A DNA stretch of 64,000 nucleotides from Escherichia coli (GTDB lineage Bacteria; Pseudomonadota; Gammaproteobacteria; Enterobacterales; Enterobacteriaceae), in assembly GCF_003018255.1 (NCBI RefSeq), contig NZ_CP027440.1; one strand, written 5' to 3'. How positions within the stretch are numbered: position 1 is the first letter of the stretch; the number at the start of each line of letters is the position of its first letter. Shown here piece after piece: positions 50,331 to 58,080 of the stretch. Both the position numbers and the translations under genes were made by a program. The notes under the pieces are model-generated. The model saw only the letters and a list, made by a program, of their open reading frames with translations, made no database searches and was not told the origin of the DNA.

Positions 50331-51074
50331 TTATTGGCGAATCAACATATACAGGCGGAACAGATAGATGAGCAGTACGGCTGAAATCAGGTTGCTCAAG
50401 GTGTTCGCCAGTACGGCACCAATTTCCGGGGTTAATGCGGCAAAAGAAGAGGCAAAAAGCAGCAACAGTGTCTTTGCCAGCAACCAGCTCAGTACTGCGG
50501 GTGCCACCAGACGCATATTCGCCCAAGTCAGCCGCATACTGCTACGCATCGAGGCAAAAACGCCCATTTTGTCCTGTACCAACATCACCGGTGCCAGGGC
50601 CAGTAAAATGGCCATGATAATTCCCGGAACGACCACCAGCATGATGCCAATCTGTACTAAAAGGGTAGTCAGAAAAATCAGAATAAATAACTTTGGCAAT
50701 ATCGGCGCACTGGCACCAATAGCTCGCAGCGCACTGACTCTCTGACCCGCAGACACCAGCTGGATAATTAATATTACGCCTCCGGCGAGAATGGCGTTAC
50801 CGATTAATCCTGAAAAAGTGGACGCCGCTGAAGCCTGCAGCAAAATTTGTTGCTGTTCCGGTGACATATTCTGAACCAGGTCGAACAACCCACTACTGCC
50901 GCTAACGGGCACGCCGTCATTGAGCTGCGCAAGCTGTGCATCACTGGGTGAGAAAACATGCCCTAACACCACTGTGATAAACGCACATAGCAACGATACC
51001 AACAGAATGGTCATAAATTGATTACGGAAGAAATTTCCGGTGTCACGGTATACGGACTGCGCCGTGATAGACAT
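50331..51074 (-). CDS. yciC: Inner-membrane protein YciC
   Basis: 247-aa hydrophobic ORF. Synteny supports it. Confidence 0.92.
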   Translation of the reverse strand: MSITAQSVYRDTGNFFRNQFMTILLVSLLCAFITVVLGHVFSPSDAQLAQLNDGVPVSGSSGLFDLVQNMSPEQQQILLQASAASTFSGLIGNAILAGGVILIIQLVSAGQRVSALRAIGASAPILPKLFILIFLTTLLVQIGIMLVVVPGIIMAILLALAPVMLVQDKMGVFASMRSSMRLTWANMRLVAPAVLSWLLAKTLLLLFASSFAALTPEIGAVLANTLSNLISAVLLIYLFRLYMLIRQ

Positions 51075-51430
51075 GCACTCTCCTTGAGTTTTATGCAGGT
51101 GTTAATTAGCGGGTAATTGTACCCTGGTTAAGCCTCGGGTGGCAGCATCAGGTCTTGTATGGAAAAGCATATCTTTGTAAAGCGGAGGTAATTGCTGGCC
51201 TTCAGACGTGGGCAAATCGCGGCAAGTGGCGATCGAGTTAATATTTGCGTAGCGAAAATATTTAAAAATTGATTTAAATCACATTAACCAGGATTCTCAA
51301 TGCAACTTCTAAATTAATCCAGATCAATAAATGGTGAATTATCATATGTAATGTGATCTATGTAGGATCATTTGTTACTCCAATGTAGGTATATTCGTCA
51401 CGTTTTTATAACCATAACGACGGAGCGGAT

Positions 51431-52069
51431 ATGAAAAAGTTAACAGTGGCGGCTTTGGCAGTAACAACTCTTCTCTCTGGCAGTGCCTTTGCGCATGAAG
51501 CAGGCGAATTTTTTATGCGTGCAGGTTCTGCAACCGTACGTCCAACAGAAGGTGCTGGTGGTACGTTAGGAAGTCTGGGTGGATTCAGCGTGACCAATAA
51601 TACGCAACTGGGCCTGACGTTTACTTATATGGCGACCGATAACATTGGTGTGGAATTGCTGGCAGCGACGCCGTTCCGCCATAAAATCGGCACCCGGGCG
51701 ACCGGCGATATTGCAACCGTTCATCATCTGCCGCCAACACTGATGGCGCAGTGGTATTTTGGTGATGCCAGCAGCAAATTCCGTCCTTACGTTGGGGCAG
51801 GTATTAACTACACCACCTTCTTTGATAATGGATTTAACGATCATGGCAAAGAGGCGGGGCTTTCCGATCTCAGTCTGAAAGATTCCTGGGGAGCTGCCGG
51901 GCAGGTGGGGGTTGATTATCTGATTAACCGTGACTGGTTGGTTAACATGTCAGTCTGGTACATGGATATCGATACAACGGCTAAGTATAAATCTGGTGTT
52001 ACTACCGTGAAAGACTCGGTACGACTGGATCCGTGGGTGTTTATGTTCTCTGCCGGATATCGCTTTTAA
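51431..52069 (+). CDS. ompW: Outer-membrane protein W, with a variant 3' end at the prophage junction
   Basis: 212-aa ORF identical to remembered OmpW except near the C-terminus (..MDIDTTAKYKSGVTTVKDSVRLDPWVFMFSAGYRF). Confidence 0.95.
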   Translation: MKKLTVAALAVTTLLSGSAFAHEAGEFFMRAGSATVRPTEGAGGTLGSLGGFSVTNNTQLGLTFTYMATDNIGVELLAATPFRHKIGTRATGDIATVHHLPPTLMAQWYFGDASSKFRPYVGAGINYTTFFDNGFNDHGKEAGLSDLSLKDSWGAAGQVGVDYLINRDWLVNMSVWYMDIDTTAKYKSGVTTVKDSVRLDPWVFMFSAGYRF

Positions 52070-52073
52070 TTTT

Positions 52074-52107
52074 CTCTGCAAAATCTCTGCAAAACTCCTC
52101 TGCAAAA
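52074..52107 (+). repeat. Three direct CTCTGCAAAA repeats (candidate integrase arm-type sites)
   Basis: CTCTGCAAAA occurs at 52074-83, 52085-94 and 52098-107, between the ompW stop and the int stop. Confidence 0.5.
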
Positions 52108-52132
52108 CTGGTCATCAAATGACCAGTTTTTT
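52108..52132 (+). terminator. ompW terminator (the hairpin contains the int stop codon)
   Basis: CTGGTCA-TCAAA-TGACCAG hairpin followed by T6. Confidence 0.75.
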
Positions 52133-53245
52133 CCACTCTTTACCGCGTACATCGTTGTAAATATCGGTCATTTTTTGATTCGAATGACCCAGCAAAATTT
52201 GGGTATCAATTCCCTGCTCCCTGAACAATCGCTCTGATAAAGATCTCTGCTCATGGAAAGAGGGTGGAGTGCCATTAGCGCGCCAGTTGTAATCCACAGA
52301 ATCCCGGGCTTTTTTAAATGCAACTGTCAACGTTGCTGGCTTAACCATCCCGCCGCGCTTAGCTGTCCCTTTAGCATGATGGTGGTGCAATAACCACGGA
52401 CTAAGAACGCAATCGCGACAGGATGACACTACATCATCCAGGGTGAGATTTAATTTATCGCAACGCAGAGCCAGAGGGATGGCAATCCGGGTTCCTGTTT
52501 TTTGCTGTTCGACATGAAGATAACCATCCCTGATATCCGAAAATTTCATTTTGCAAATATCTGAAAGGCGCTGGCCTGTCATCAGCGCCAGCAGCATACC
52601 ACGTTGTAAAAAGTAACCATCCTTTTCCGCTGCATTATAAATCATCATCCACTCATCAAAGGTCAGTCGTTGCCGTGATATCCGTACCTGTGGTTTTTTT
52701 GCCGATTCTGCAGGGTTAAAGCCTGGCGAGACATCGCCCGTTTGCTGGGCCTCCCGGAAAACATCAATCAGTACTTTCCTGAAAATTTGTCCCATTCTGT
52801 TATGTCCTTTTGCCTTGTAATCTTCCAGCACCGATACCACATCTTTTACGGTTATGGCATCTAATGGTCTGGTACCAAAACGTTCATCAAATACCCTGAG
52901 AGGGGATGCTTTCTGTTTCAGTGTGTTGAGTTTGATCTCTCCGTTTTCATATCTTTCCTGTTGAATTTTTCGGTAACTATTCAGAAAAACAGAAACGGTT
53001 GATGAACCACCGGTATCACGAATAATTTTCTCCTGCAGAGTGAGCATTTGTTCCATTTGTTGCCTGGCAAGACGGCTGTTCGCTTCTGCTGCAATAGCTT
53101 CTGCCTGTTTCTGGTCAATACTGCCGAGCCCGTGATTTTTTCCTGTTATGGGATGCCTGTAACGCCAGTAAACTTTGTTATTTCTTTTGTCAAAATACGG
53201 AGATAATCCCGGAACTTCAGTTTTATATTTTCGTGGGCGCGCCAT
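52115..53245 (-). CDS. int: Phage tyrosine integrase
   Basis: 376-aa ORF with a lambda-Int-like N-terminus (MARPRKYKTEVPGLSPYFDKRNNKVYWRYRHPITGK) and a C-terminal catalytic region (..LLGHSNQKMTDIY..). It is adjacent to the attachment site. Confidence 0.92.
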   Translation of the reverse strand: MARPRKYKTEVPGLSPYFDKRNNKVYWRYRHPITGKNHGLGSIDQKQAEAIAAEANSRLARQQMEQMLTLQEKIIRDTGGSSTVSVFLNSYRKIQQERYENGEIKLNTLKQKASPLRVFDERFGTRPLDAITVKDVVSVLEDYKAKGHNRMGQIFRKVLIDVFREAQQTGDVSPGFNPAESAKKPQVRISRQRLTFDEWMMIYNAAEKDGYFLQRGMLLALMTGQRLSDICKMKFSDIRDGYLHVEQQKTGTRIAIPLALRCDKLNLTLDDVVSSCRDCVLSPWLLHHHHAKGTAKRGGMVKPATLTVAFKKARDSVDYNWRANGTPPSFHEQRSLSERLFREQGIDTQILLGHSNQKMTDIYNDVRGKEWKKLVI

Positions 53246-53471
53246 CTTCCAGTATCCTCTTCAAAGCAGGGTGATCTGTGGCGATCACTTCCGGCTTGTT
53301 TACCATTCCGACAAAGCGAGCTCGAGGATCCACTCGCCAGTGTCTTCCAACTTTTTTGGGGAGAGGAAATATCATTCCGGCTTTAGCGTATTTACTTAAC
53401 GTGCCCGGAGTAGGGACCGGTTCACTGAATTCCTCTTTTGCCCACTCAGTGAGCAGAATAAGTCTTGCCAT
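53223..53471 (-). CDS. xis: Excisionase (lambda Xis-like)
   Basis: 82-aa ORF overlapping the int start by 23 nt. The pattern LTEWAK..TLSKYAKAGMIFPLPKKVGRHWRV resembles lambda Xis (LTLQEWN..VRRWVRECRIFPPPVKDGREY). Confidence 0.8.
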   Translation of the reverse strand: MARLILLTEWAKEEFSEPVPTPGTLSKYAKAGMIFPLPKKVGRHWRVDPRARFVGMVNKPEVIATDHPALKRILEDGAPTKI

Positions 53472-53535
53472 GAACGTTGTTCGCTAATCATGGTCGCCGC
53501 CACTATAGCTTGCGGGCGACGACCGGGGTTGAACA

Positions 53536-56007
53536 TTAAAAATCAGCCTGACTCGGGATCAGTTTTTGCCAGATGGCTGAAACGTATTTTGCCTGGTAAC
53601 GCGCATCGTGCAGCGCGTTATGGCGTTCACCTTCGAATGGAATAGTCGTTCTTGCGTCGAAATCCATCACCAGTCCCAGAGCAACCATCGTTCTTACATC
53701 GCGATCATTGGTGTAACGCCACGGGCAGGGGATCCCCTGCCGTTCATATGAACGGCGTAAAATCACGTTGTCGAAAGTTGCACCGTTACCCCAGACCTGA
53801 ACAAAAAATTCACCGGAGTTTTCGTCGATAAATTCCCGGAATTGCAGCAGTGCATCATCCAACGGGATTTCATCGGTCAGAATGGCGGATTGTGCTTCGC
53901 GTGACTGTTTCAGCCACCACTTAATGGTGCCCCGATCGATGACCCCGCCTGCGGTTTCCAGATCGATAGTTTTGCTGAATTCTGGCCCCATCTCTCCGGT
54001 TGCCGGATCAAAAAACTTACCGGCTATAGAGTTTATTGGCGCATCAGGATTTTTTCCCATTGTTTCAAGGTCAATCATCAGATGGTGCCACAACCTGCTG
54101 GTGGATGTGATTTCATGATGACCGTTCACTTTAATTAAGGGATTTGCTGTCTCGCCAGTTTTATTATCGCTGGCGTGATACTGATCGCTGACAGTGTTCT
54201 CCTTGTGCAGATGTTCAGTGCCTTCCATTTCCTCCGGATCATTTTCCTGAGCTTCAGCCTGATTCTCTTCATCGAATGTTTCCTGGTTGGTTGCGTTCCC
54301 CATCACCGCACCACAGTCAGGACAGTTGCCGCCACCGGTCTGACCGCATGCGGTGCAAACTTTTTCCGGTTCTTGTTGCACTTCTGGTTCAGGCAGTTTC
54401 GTTTCTGGCTCGTTTTGTAACGCATTTGGACTGTTTTGTTCCGCTTTCTGGTCGTTTTGTTCCGATTCGGGCTGGTTCTGGTTCACAGAATCGCGGGTTT
54501 CAATCCCCTTAACCCATTTCGGATCATTCGGGTCGCTAATCCCTTCAACAAATTCACCACGTGATGCAGCAAGCAATTTATCGGTGTCAGGCTGGCTGAT
54601 ATTGGCTGCCTGCATAATTTTGTTTACTTCGTCAGCGGTAACTTTTACCGGCTCTGGTTGTTCTGAATCTTCTGCGGTATCTGTATTTTGCTGTAAGCCC
54701 GTATATGTGCCATTTTTTCGGGCAAAATATTCTTCTTTTGAGATTTCGGTACCACCGGCAGCCAGCGCCTTGTCCAGGCCAGAAAGTTTGTTTGCCCTGC
54801 CGTATTTTTCCCCGTCCTTATCGGTAAAGACGAAATAAAACGGTCCTTCACGCTCTACAGATGGTTCAGCTTCCACCAGGATTTCATTTTTTTGAGAATT
54901 GGATTCCGCCGTCTCCACTGGATCAGTTTGTGCTGCTGACGACAGGATAGCATCAGCAGAGCTCTGGTCTGTTTCTTCATGTTCAAACACGCCCTTTGTC
55001 GTCAGGTATTCGCTGATGTATTTGTTCAGTGCAACGGGATCTTTGTGAATGTCGATCGGGCGCTCACGAACAAGGCCAAAAATAGTCTGACGGTCATAGC
55101 GAAGCGCATCAGGCTGTTTGCGCATTGATGCAGAGATACGCTTCCAGTCTTCGCGATCCTTGTCGATAACCTCATTTTTAGCCCAGCGATGGATGGTACC
55201 GTCAATGTTTCCGGCATCAATATCACCAGGCCAGAGAGCGTAAGCCAGCTCTTCATCCAGGGTTTTCCATGTCTGCTTGTATTCGCGACGAATGGCAGTA
55301 GTGACAGGGTTGATTTTTGCTGCTGAGTTTTCAGTGTGCTGTTGGTTGACTCTGGCGCGGGCCAGCTCAACAACAGAAGTATGTTTCCCGGTTTCTTTTC
55401 GTTCTGCTTCGCGACGTTTTTTCCAGGTGCGCATCTCTGCCTGAATTTCTGGCCATTTGGCACCAGGCTTACATTTATGCTTAACCCACCCGATGGCATG
55501 CAGTTTAATCTCCGGATACATGGCGTTAACTTCTGGCATTTTCATCAACGCTTCAACGATATGTCCGTCGAAGGTTGCCATGTCTTCCTGCAACAATTCC
55601 TGTGCGCTAATCACCATATCAACGGTGATGTTTTCACATGTGTCGAACTTAACCATGACAGCGTTCTGTACTTCAGGGGACAGCTTGTCAAAAGTGACGT
55701 TCATCGGATCTGATTCAGTCTCAACCGGGACAAAGGAAGCAGACGCCTCATCCCAGCGGTTTTCCAGCATATATTCAGCATCCCAGGAGTCGAGGGCTGG
55801 GCGGGGTGTACCGGGTTTATCCTCACAGACAAGAAATTTATAAGCGCAGTCCTGAGCAGCCGGATAATGTTCAAGGAATTGCCAGTGAAATTTTGCGCGG
55901 GCGCGACGTTCATCACCGGCTTCAATGGCTGTGGCCACAGCAACAGCGCCCTCGTTTTTTATTGCCTGTTCGTCAGGAATGGCGGCGCAAATAAATATTT
56001 TACTCAT
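53536..56007 (-). CDS. YdfE-like / DEDDh 3'-5' exonuclease fusion protein (823 aa)
   Basis: The N-terminal ~300 aa match K-12 Qin YdfE as remembered (MSK.FICAAIPDE..RARAKFHWQFLEHYPAAQDCAYKF..). The middle is acidic and low-complexity, with CTACGQTGGGNCPDCG. The C-terminus carries DnaQ-like motifs: MIDLETMG (ExoI), VWGNGATFDN (ExoII) and HNALHDARYQA (ExoIII). Confidence 0.85.
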   Translation of the reverse strand: MSKIFICAAIPDEQAIKNEGAVAVATAIEAGDERRARAKFHWQFLEHYPAAQDCAYKFLVCEDKPGTPRPALDSWDAEYMLENRWDEASASFVPVETESDPMNVTFDKLSPEVQNAVMVKFDTCENITVDMVISAQELLQEDMATFDGHIVEALMKMPEVNAMYPEIKLHAIGWVKHKCKPGAKWPEIQAEMRTWKKRREAERKETGKHTSVVELARARVNQQHTENSAAKINPVTTAIRREYKQTWKTLDEELAYALWPGDIDAGNIDGTIHRWAKNEVIDKDREDWKRISASMRKQPDALRYDRQTIFGLVRERPIDIHKDPVALNKYISEYLTTKGVFEHEETDQSSADAILSSAAQTDPVETAESNSQKNEILVEAEPSVEREGPFYFVFTDKDGEKYGRANKLSGLDKALAAGGTEISKEEYFARKNGTYTGLQQNTDTAEDSEQPEPVKVTADEVNKIMQAANISQPDTDKLLAASRGEFVEGISDPNDPKWVKGIETRDSVNQNQPESEQNDQKAEQNSPNALQNEPETKLPEPEVQQEPEKVCTACGQTGGGNCPDCGAVMGNATNQETFDEENQAEAQENDPEEMEGTEHLHKENTVSDQYHASDNKTGETANPLIKVNGHHEITSTSRLWHHLMIDLETMGKNPDAPINSIAGKFFDPATGEMGPEFSKTIDLETAGGVIDRGTIKWWLKQSREAQSAILTDEIPLDDALLQFREFIDENSGEFFVQVWGNGATFDNVILRRSYERQGIPCPWRYTNDRDVRTMVALGLVMDFDARTTIPFEGERHNALHDARYQAKYVSAIWQKLIPSQADF

Positions 56008-56102
56008 TGTGTTTAAACCTCATTACAGATTTCAGGGTGAACGAATCCCTGCCATTGCTGGCATTTTTAATCCGTTGGTATGGCGTTAATATGGCTGGCG
56101 GG

Positions 56103-56291
56103 TTATCCAGCCGGTGTTTCGTTATTCAGGTACAGCGATACTTTGTTTAACGGGAGACATTCACCGGAAATTTTTTGCTCGTCTCTTGCCTGATGGCAGG
56201 ATTCTTTACTGGCATAAATTCCGGTAATCACATTCTGTGGCTCACCCGTTATAAGAAAAACCGTCATTACCAGTGCAAATGCAGAAGTCAC
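56103..56291 (-). CDS. ydfD: YdfD-like small membrane/lysis protein (DUF1482-type)
   Basis: MTSAFALVMTVFLITGEPQNV..CHQARDEQKISGECLPLNKV.. resembles K-12 YdfD (MNSAFVLVLTVFLVSGEP..). 4-nt overlap with the dicB-like gene. Confidence 0.75.
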   Translation of the reverse strand: MTSAFALVMTVFLITGEPQNVITGIYASKESCHQARDEQKISGECLPLNKVSLYLNNETPAG

Positions 56292-56476
56292 TGCTGCCCT
56301 CCGAAAATGCCAAGTTTAAGAAGGGCAATTCTGGAGAGTATGGAATTATCATTGAGAAGATAAGGCTCATATTTTCTCATCCTGATGGCGTCCTCAGTAA
56401 ACTCCCGGTTACTGAGCAGAATACCAATATTAAAACACCCTTCAGACGTATTAACGTTTGGTAGTGACGTTTCCAT
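56288..56476 (-). CDS. dicB: DicB-like cell-division inhibitor
   Basis: METSLPNVNTSEGCFNIGILLSNREFTEDAIRMRK.. compared with K-12 DicB MKTLLPNVNTSEGCFEIGVTISNPVFTEDAINKRK.. (from memory). The length (62 aa) and the position after dicF are the same. Confidence 0.85.
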   Translation of the reverse strand: METSLPNVNTSEGCFNIGILLSNREFTEDAIRMRKYEPYLLNDNSILSRIALLKLGIFGGQQ

Positions 56477-56653
56477 TATCGCGTCCTCAACAATGAATTT
56501 TGTGATGTGGTGCCTGGTGCCTCCAGGTGACGTTAACCAGTTAACAATTAACGCCGGATTGTTAGTTGATGTCTGTTACGCCAGTAAAAGACCGCTTGTT
56601 TTAACTGTTCCGCGTGCGCTTAGCCGCATTCACCGCATCACAAAATACACTTT

Positions 56654-56693
56654 AAAAATGGCGGATATCCATTTCCGCCGAATCACCAGAAAA
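56654..56693 (-). ncRNA. dicF: DicF-like sRNA, short variant
   Basis: The minus strand reads UUUCUGGUGAUUCGGCGGAAAUGGAUAUCCGCCAUUUUU. The 5' UUUCUGGUGA and the GGCGG/CCGCC terminator stem plus U-run match K-12 DicF as remembered. It lies about 180 nt upstream of dicB, as in Qin. Confidence 0.5.
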
Positions 56694-56772
56694 GTGATAA
56701 CAGAGGTTGTTGTGGCGGTGTTGTCACTCAGGCGTATGGTCAACCTGACAACCCGGTGCATTTTCTGGAGCA

Positions 56773-57015
56773 ATGGAGGAAGCCCCAGCCATACTTACCG
56801 CCGCGCCATTTCGCGGATTGCCACAACCGGAAGCGCACGATCGAATTACATTTAACGACGACATATACAGAGAGACTAACTTCGCCGAGCGCTTTCGTGT
56901 TGTGTGCCTGCTTTTAACCACGTCAGGCGAGGTGGACCTGTTATTCCCCAACAACAAGGAGCTTGTTAATCTGGATATCCCCAACAACAATAAGAGTATT
57001 GAATGTGATCGCTGA
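56773..57015 (+). CDS. Hypothetical 80-aa ORF, first ORF of the opposite-strand cassette
   Basis: ORF-track entry (MEEAPAILTAAPFRGLPQPEAHDRITFNDDIYRETNFAERF..). It overlaps the next plus-strand ORF by 11 nt. The minus-strand ORF covering it is S/L/R-rich, like a shadow frame. The Shine-Dalgarno is poor and I recognise no homology. Confidence 0.3.
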   Translation: MEEAPAILTAAPFRGLPQPEAHDRITFNDDIYRETNFAERFRVVCLLLTTSGEVDLLFPNNKELVNLDIPNNNKSIECDR

Positions 57016-57519
57016 ATTAACGGCAGCAATGACGGCTATTCGTGAAACCGCTCAGATTACAAAACTAATGAACGAGGCAAAAACTCAAGCTGAAGTAAAT
57101 GCGGCTATTGGTGAACTGAACTCAAAGCTTGCATCTATTCAGCACGAATGCGTGTCTCTCGTTGAGCTGGTGAGCACTTATCAAGAAATAAATGCTTCTC
57201 TCAAAGCTAAAATTGCAGAATTTGAAAACTTTGAGGCTCAGACGGAAGGTTATATCCTTAACCAACTTGAGTCGGGAACTTTTGTGTACTCGAAGGAGGT
57301 AACCGTGAACGGCGGCAGCATAATCATGCATCTTTGTCCAAAATGTTTTGGACAAAAGATAGTATCGATACTTCAACCATTCCCGGTTAGAGAACATGAG
57401 TTTTTCATAAAAGCAGGTGCCTCTACTGTGAAAATCAGTTTCTTATGAATAAAAATCCGGATTATGTATCGCCTCCATCTATTGAGGAGTTGGCCAGAAA
57501 ACTGAACGGCAATCTGTAG
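57005..57519 (+). pseudogene. Coiled-coil plus four-Cys zinc-ribbon protein of unknown function, frameshifted at a T5 run (or carrying a homopolymer sequencing error)
   Basis: The frame from the GTG at 57005 (or the ATG at 57029) encodes heptad-rich sequence, then ..HLCPKCFGQKIVSILQPFPVREHEFF, and stops at 57448. The +1 frame after the T-run (57401-05) continues HKSRCLYCENQFLMNKNPDYVSPPSIEELARKLNGNL to a stop at 57519. This supplies the second Cys pair of a CPKC-N24-CLYC ribbon. Confidence 0.55.
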
Positions 57520-57632
57520 ATTGTTACTGTTATGGATATCCAGATTGTTAAAGAGCATGCCGGATGCTTGCTTGTGTCCGGCGCGTGTGCACCAGTTCTC
57601 CCCGTGGAGGATTCCTTAACTACCAGACTTCA

Positions 57633-57785
57633 TTAGTCAGAGTTTCTTGCTAACCAGCGACGCGCGCCAGCTTCAGTTTTAAACGTTTTGCTTCTGGTAT
57701 ACGTCATCGCGGTAAACGTGCCGTCCTGGTTGGGGAATACTCCGCATACCAGAGATTCGTTGTTGCCAAGATTGAGCGTATCCAT
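57633..57785 (-). CDS. ydfA: YdfA-like DUF1391 protein (50 aa)
   Basis: Hand translation gives MDTLNLGNNESLVCGVFPNQDGTFTAMTYTRSKTFKTEAGARRWLARNSD. GAGG lies 6 nt upstream of the ATG. It is near-identical to K-12 YdfA as remembered, and too short for the ORF track. Confidence 0.85.
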   Translation of the reverse strand: MDTLNLGNNESLVCGVFPNQDGTFTAMTYTRSKTFKTEAGARRWLARNSD

Positions 57786-57939
57786 GTTGACCTCATTTGC
57801 CCTTAACGCCGGGTCGCGGAACTAAAAACCTGCTGCGCTGTTATACAAAGTGTTCCCGCCGTCATGTTCATACGCCTCGGGCTGGCTACTTAACCCCTGA
57901 CCACTGCCTGGTAACTCGAAGTATTGCCTGGCGTTCTGT

Positions 57940-58000
57940 GGGGCGGGGTGGGTTGGTGATATAATGTACCTGCTGTTCATTAATGTAAAGTACTTTTAGT
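57940..58000 (-). promoter_or_regulatory. Early-left promoter with embedded operator O1
   Basis: The minus strand reads TTTACA-N17-CATTAT. The spacer contains the 17-bp site ATGTACCTGCTGTTCAT (57964-80, plus-strand reading), which has the same architecture as the two sites between the repressor and cro. Confidence 0.55.
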
Positions 58001-58080
58001 ACATTTTTGTGAGAGGTAAAATATCAGGAGGGGATGAGAGGAGCATAAACCCGGAGGGAAGCTACCGGATTTATGCAGAT

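Noticed and set aside
56385-57029. 156-aa plus-strand ORF (56385-56855) and 101-aa minus-strand ORF (56724-57029).
   Set aside because: The first runs antisense through dicB and the dicF-like RNA. The second is S/L/R-rich and antisense to the 80-codon plus-strand ORF. Neither has a start context. It remains possible that none of the three frames at 56700-57000 is translated.
57373-57558. 61-aa minus-strand ORF in the position where ydfB/ydfC-like genes might be expected.
   Set aside because: It lies antisense to the zinc-ribbon coding segment, has an odd composition, and bears no resemblance to the small Qin proteins I remember.
57982-58006. AATGTAAAGTACTTTTAGTACATT quasi-palindrome next to operator O1.
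   Set aside because: Its symmetry is imperfect and its spacing differs from the three 17-bp sites. It may be a fourth weak site, but the sequence alone does not support calling it.
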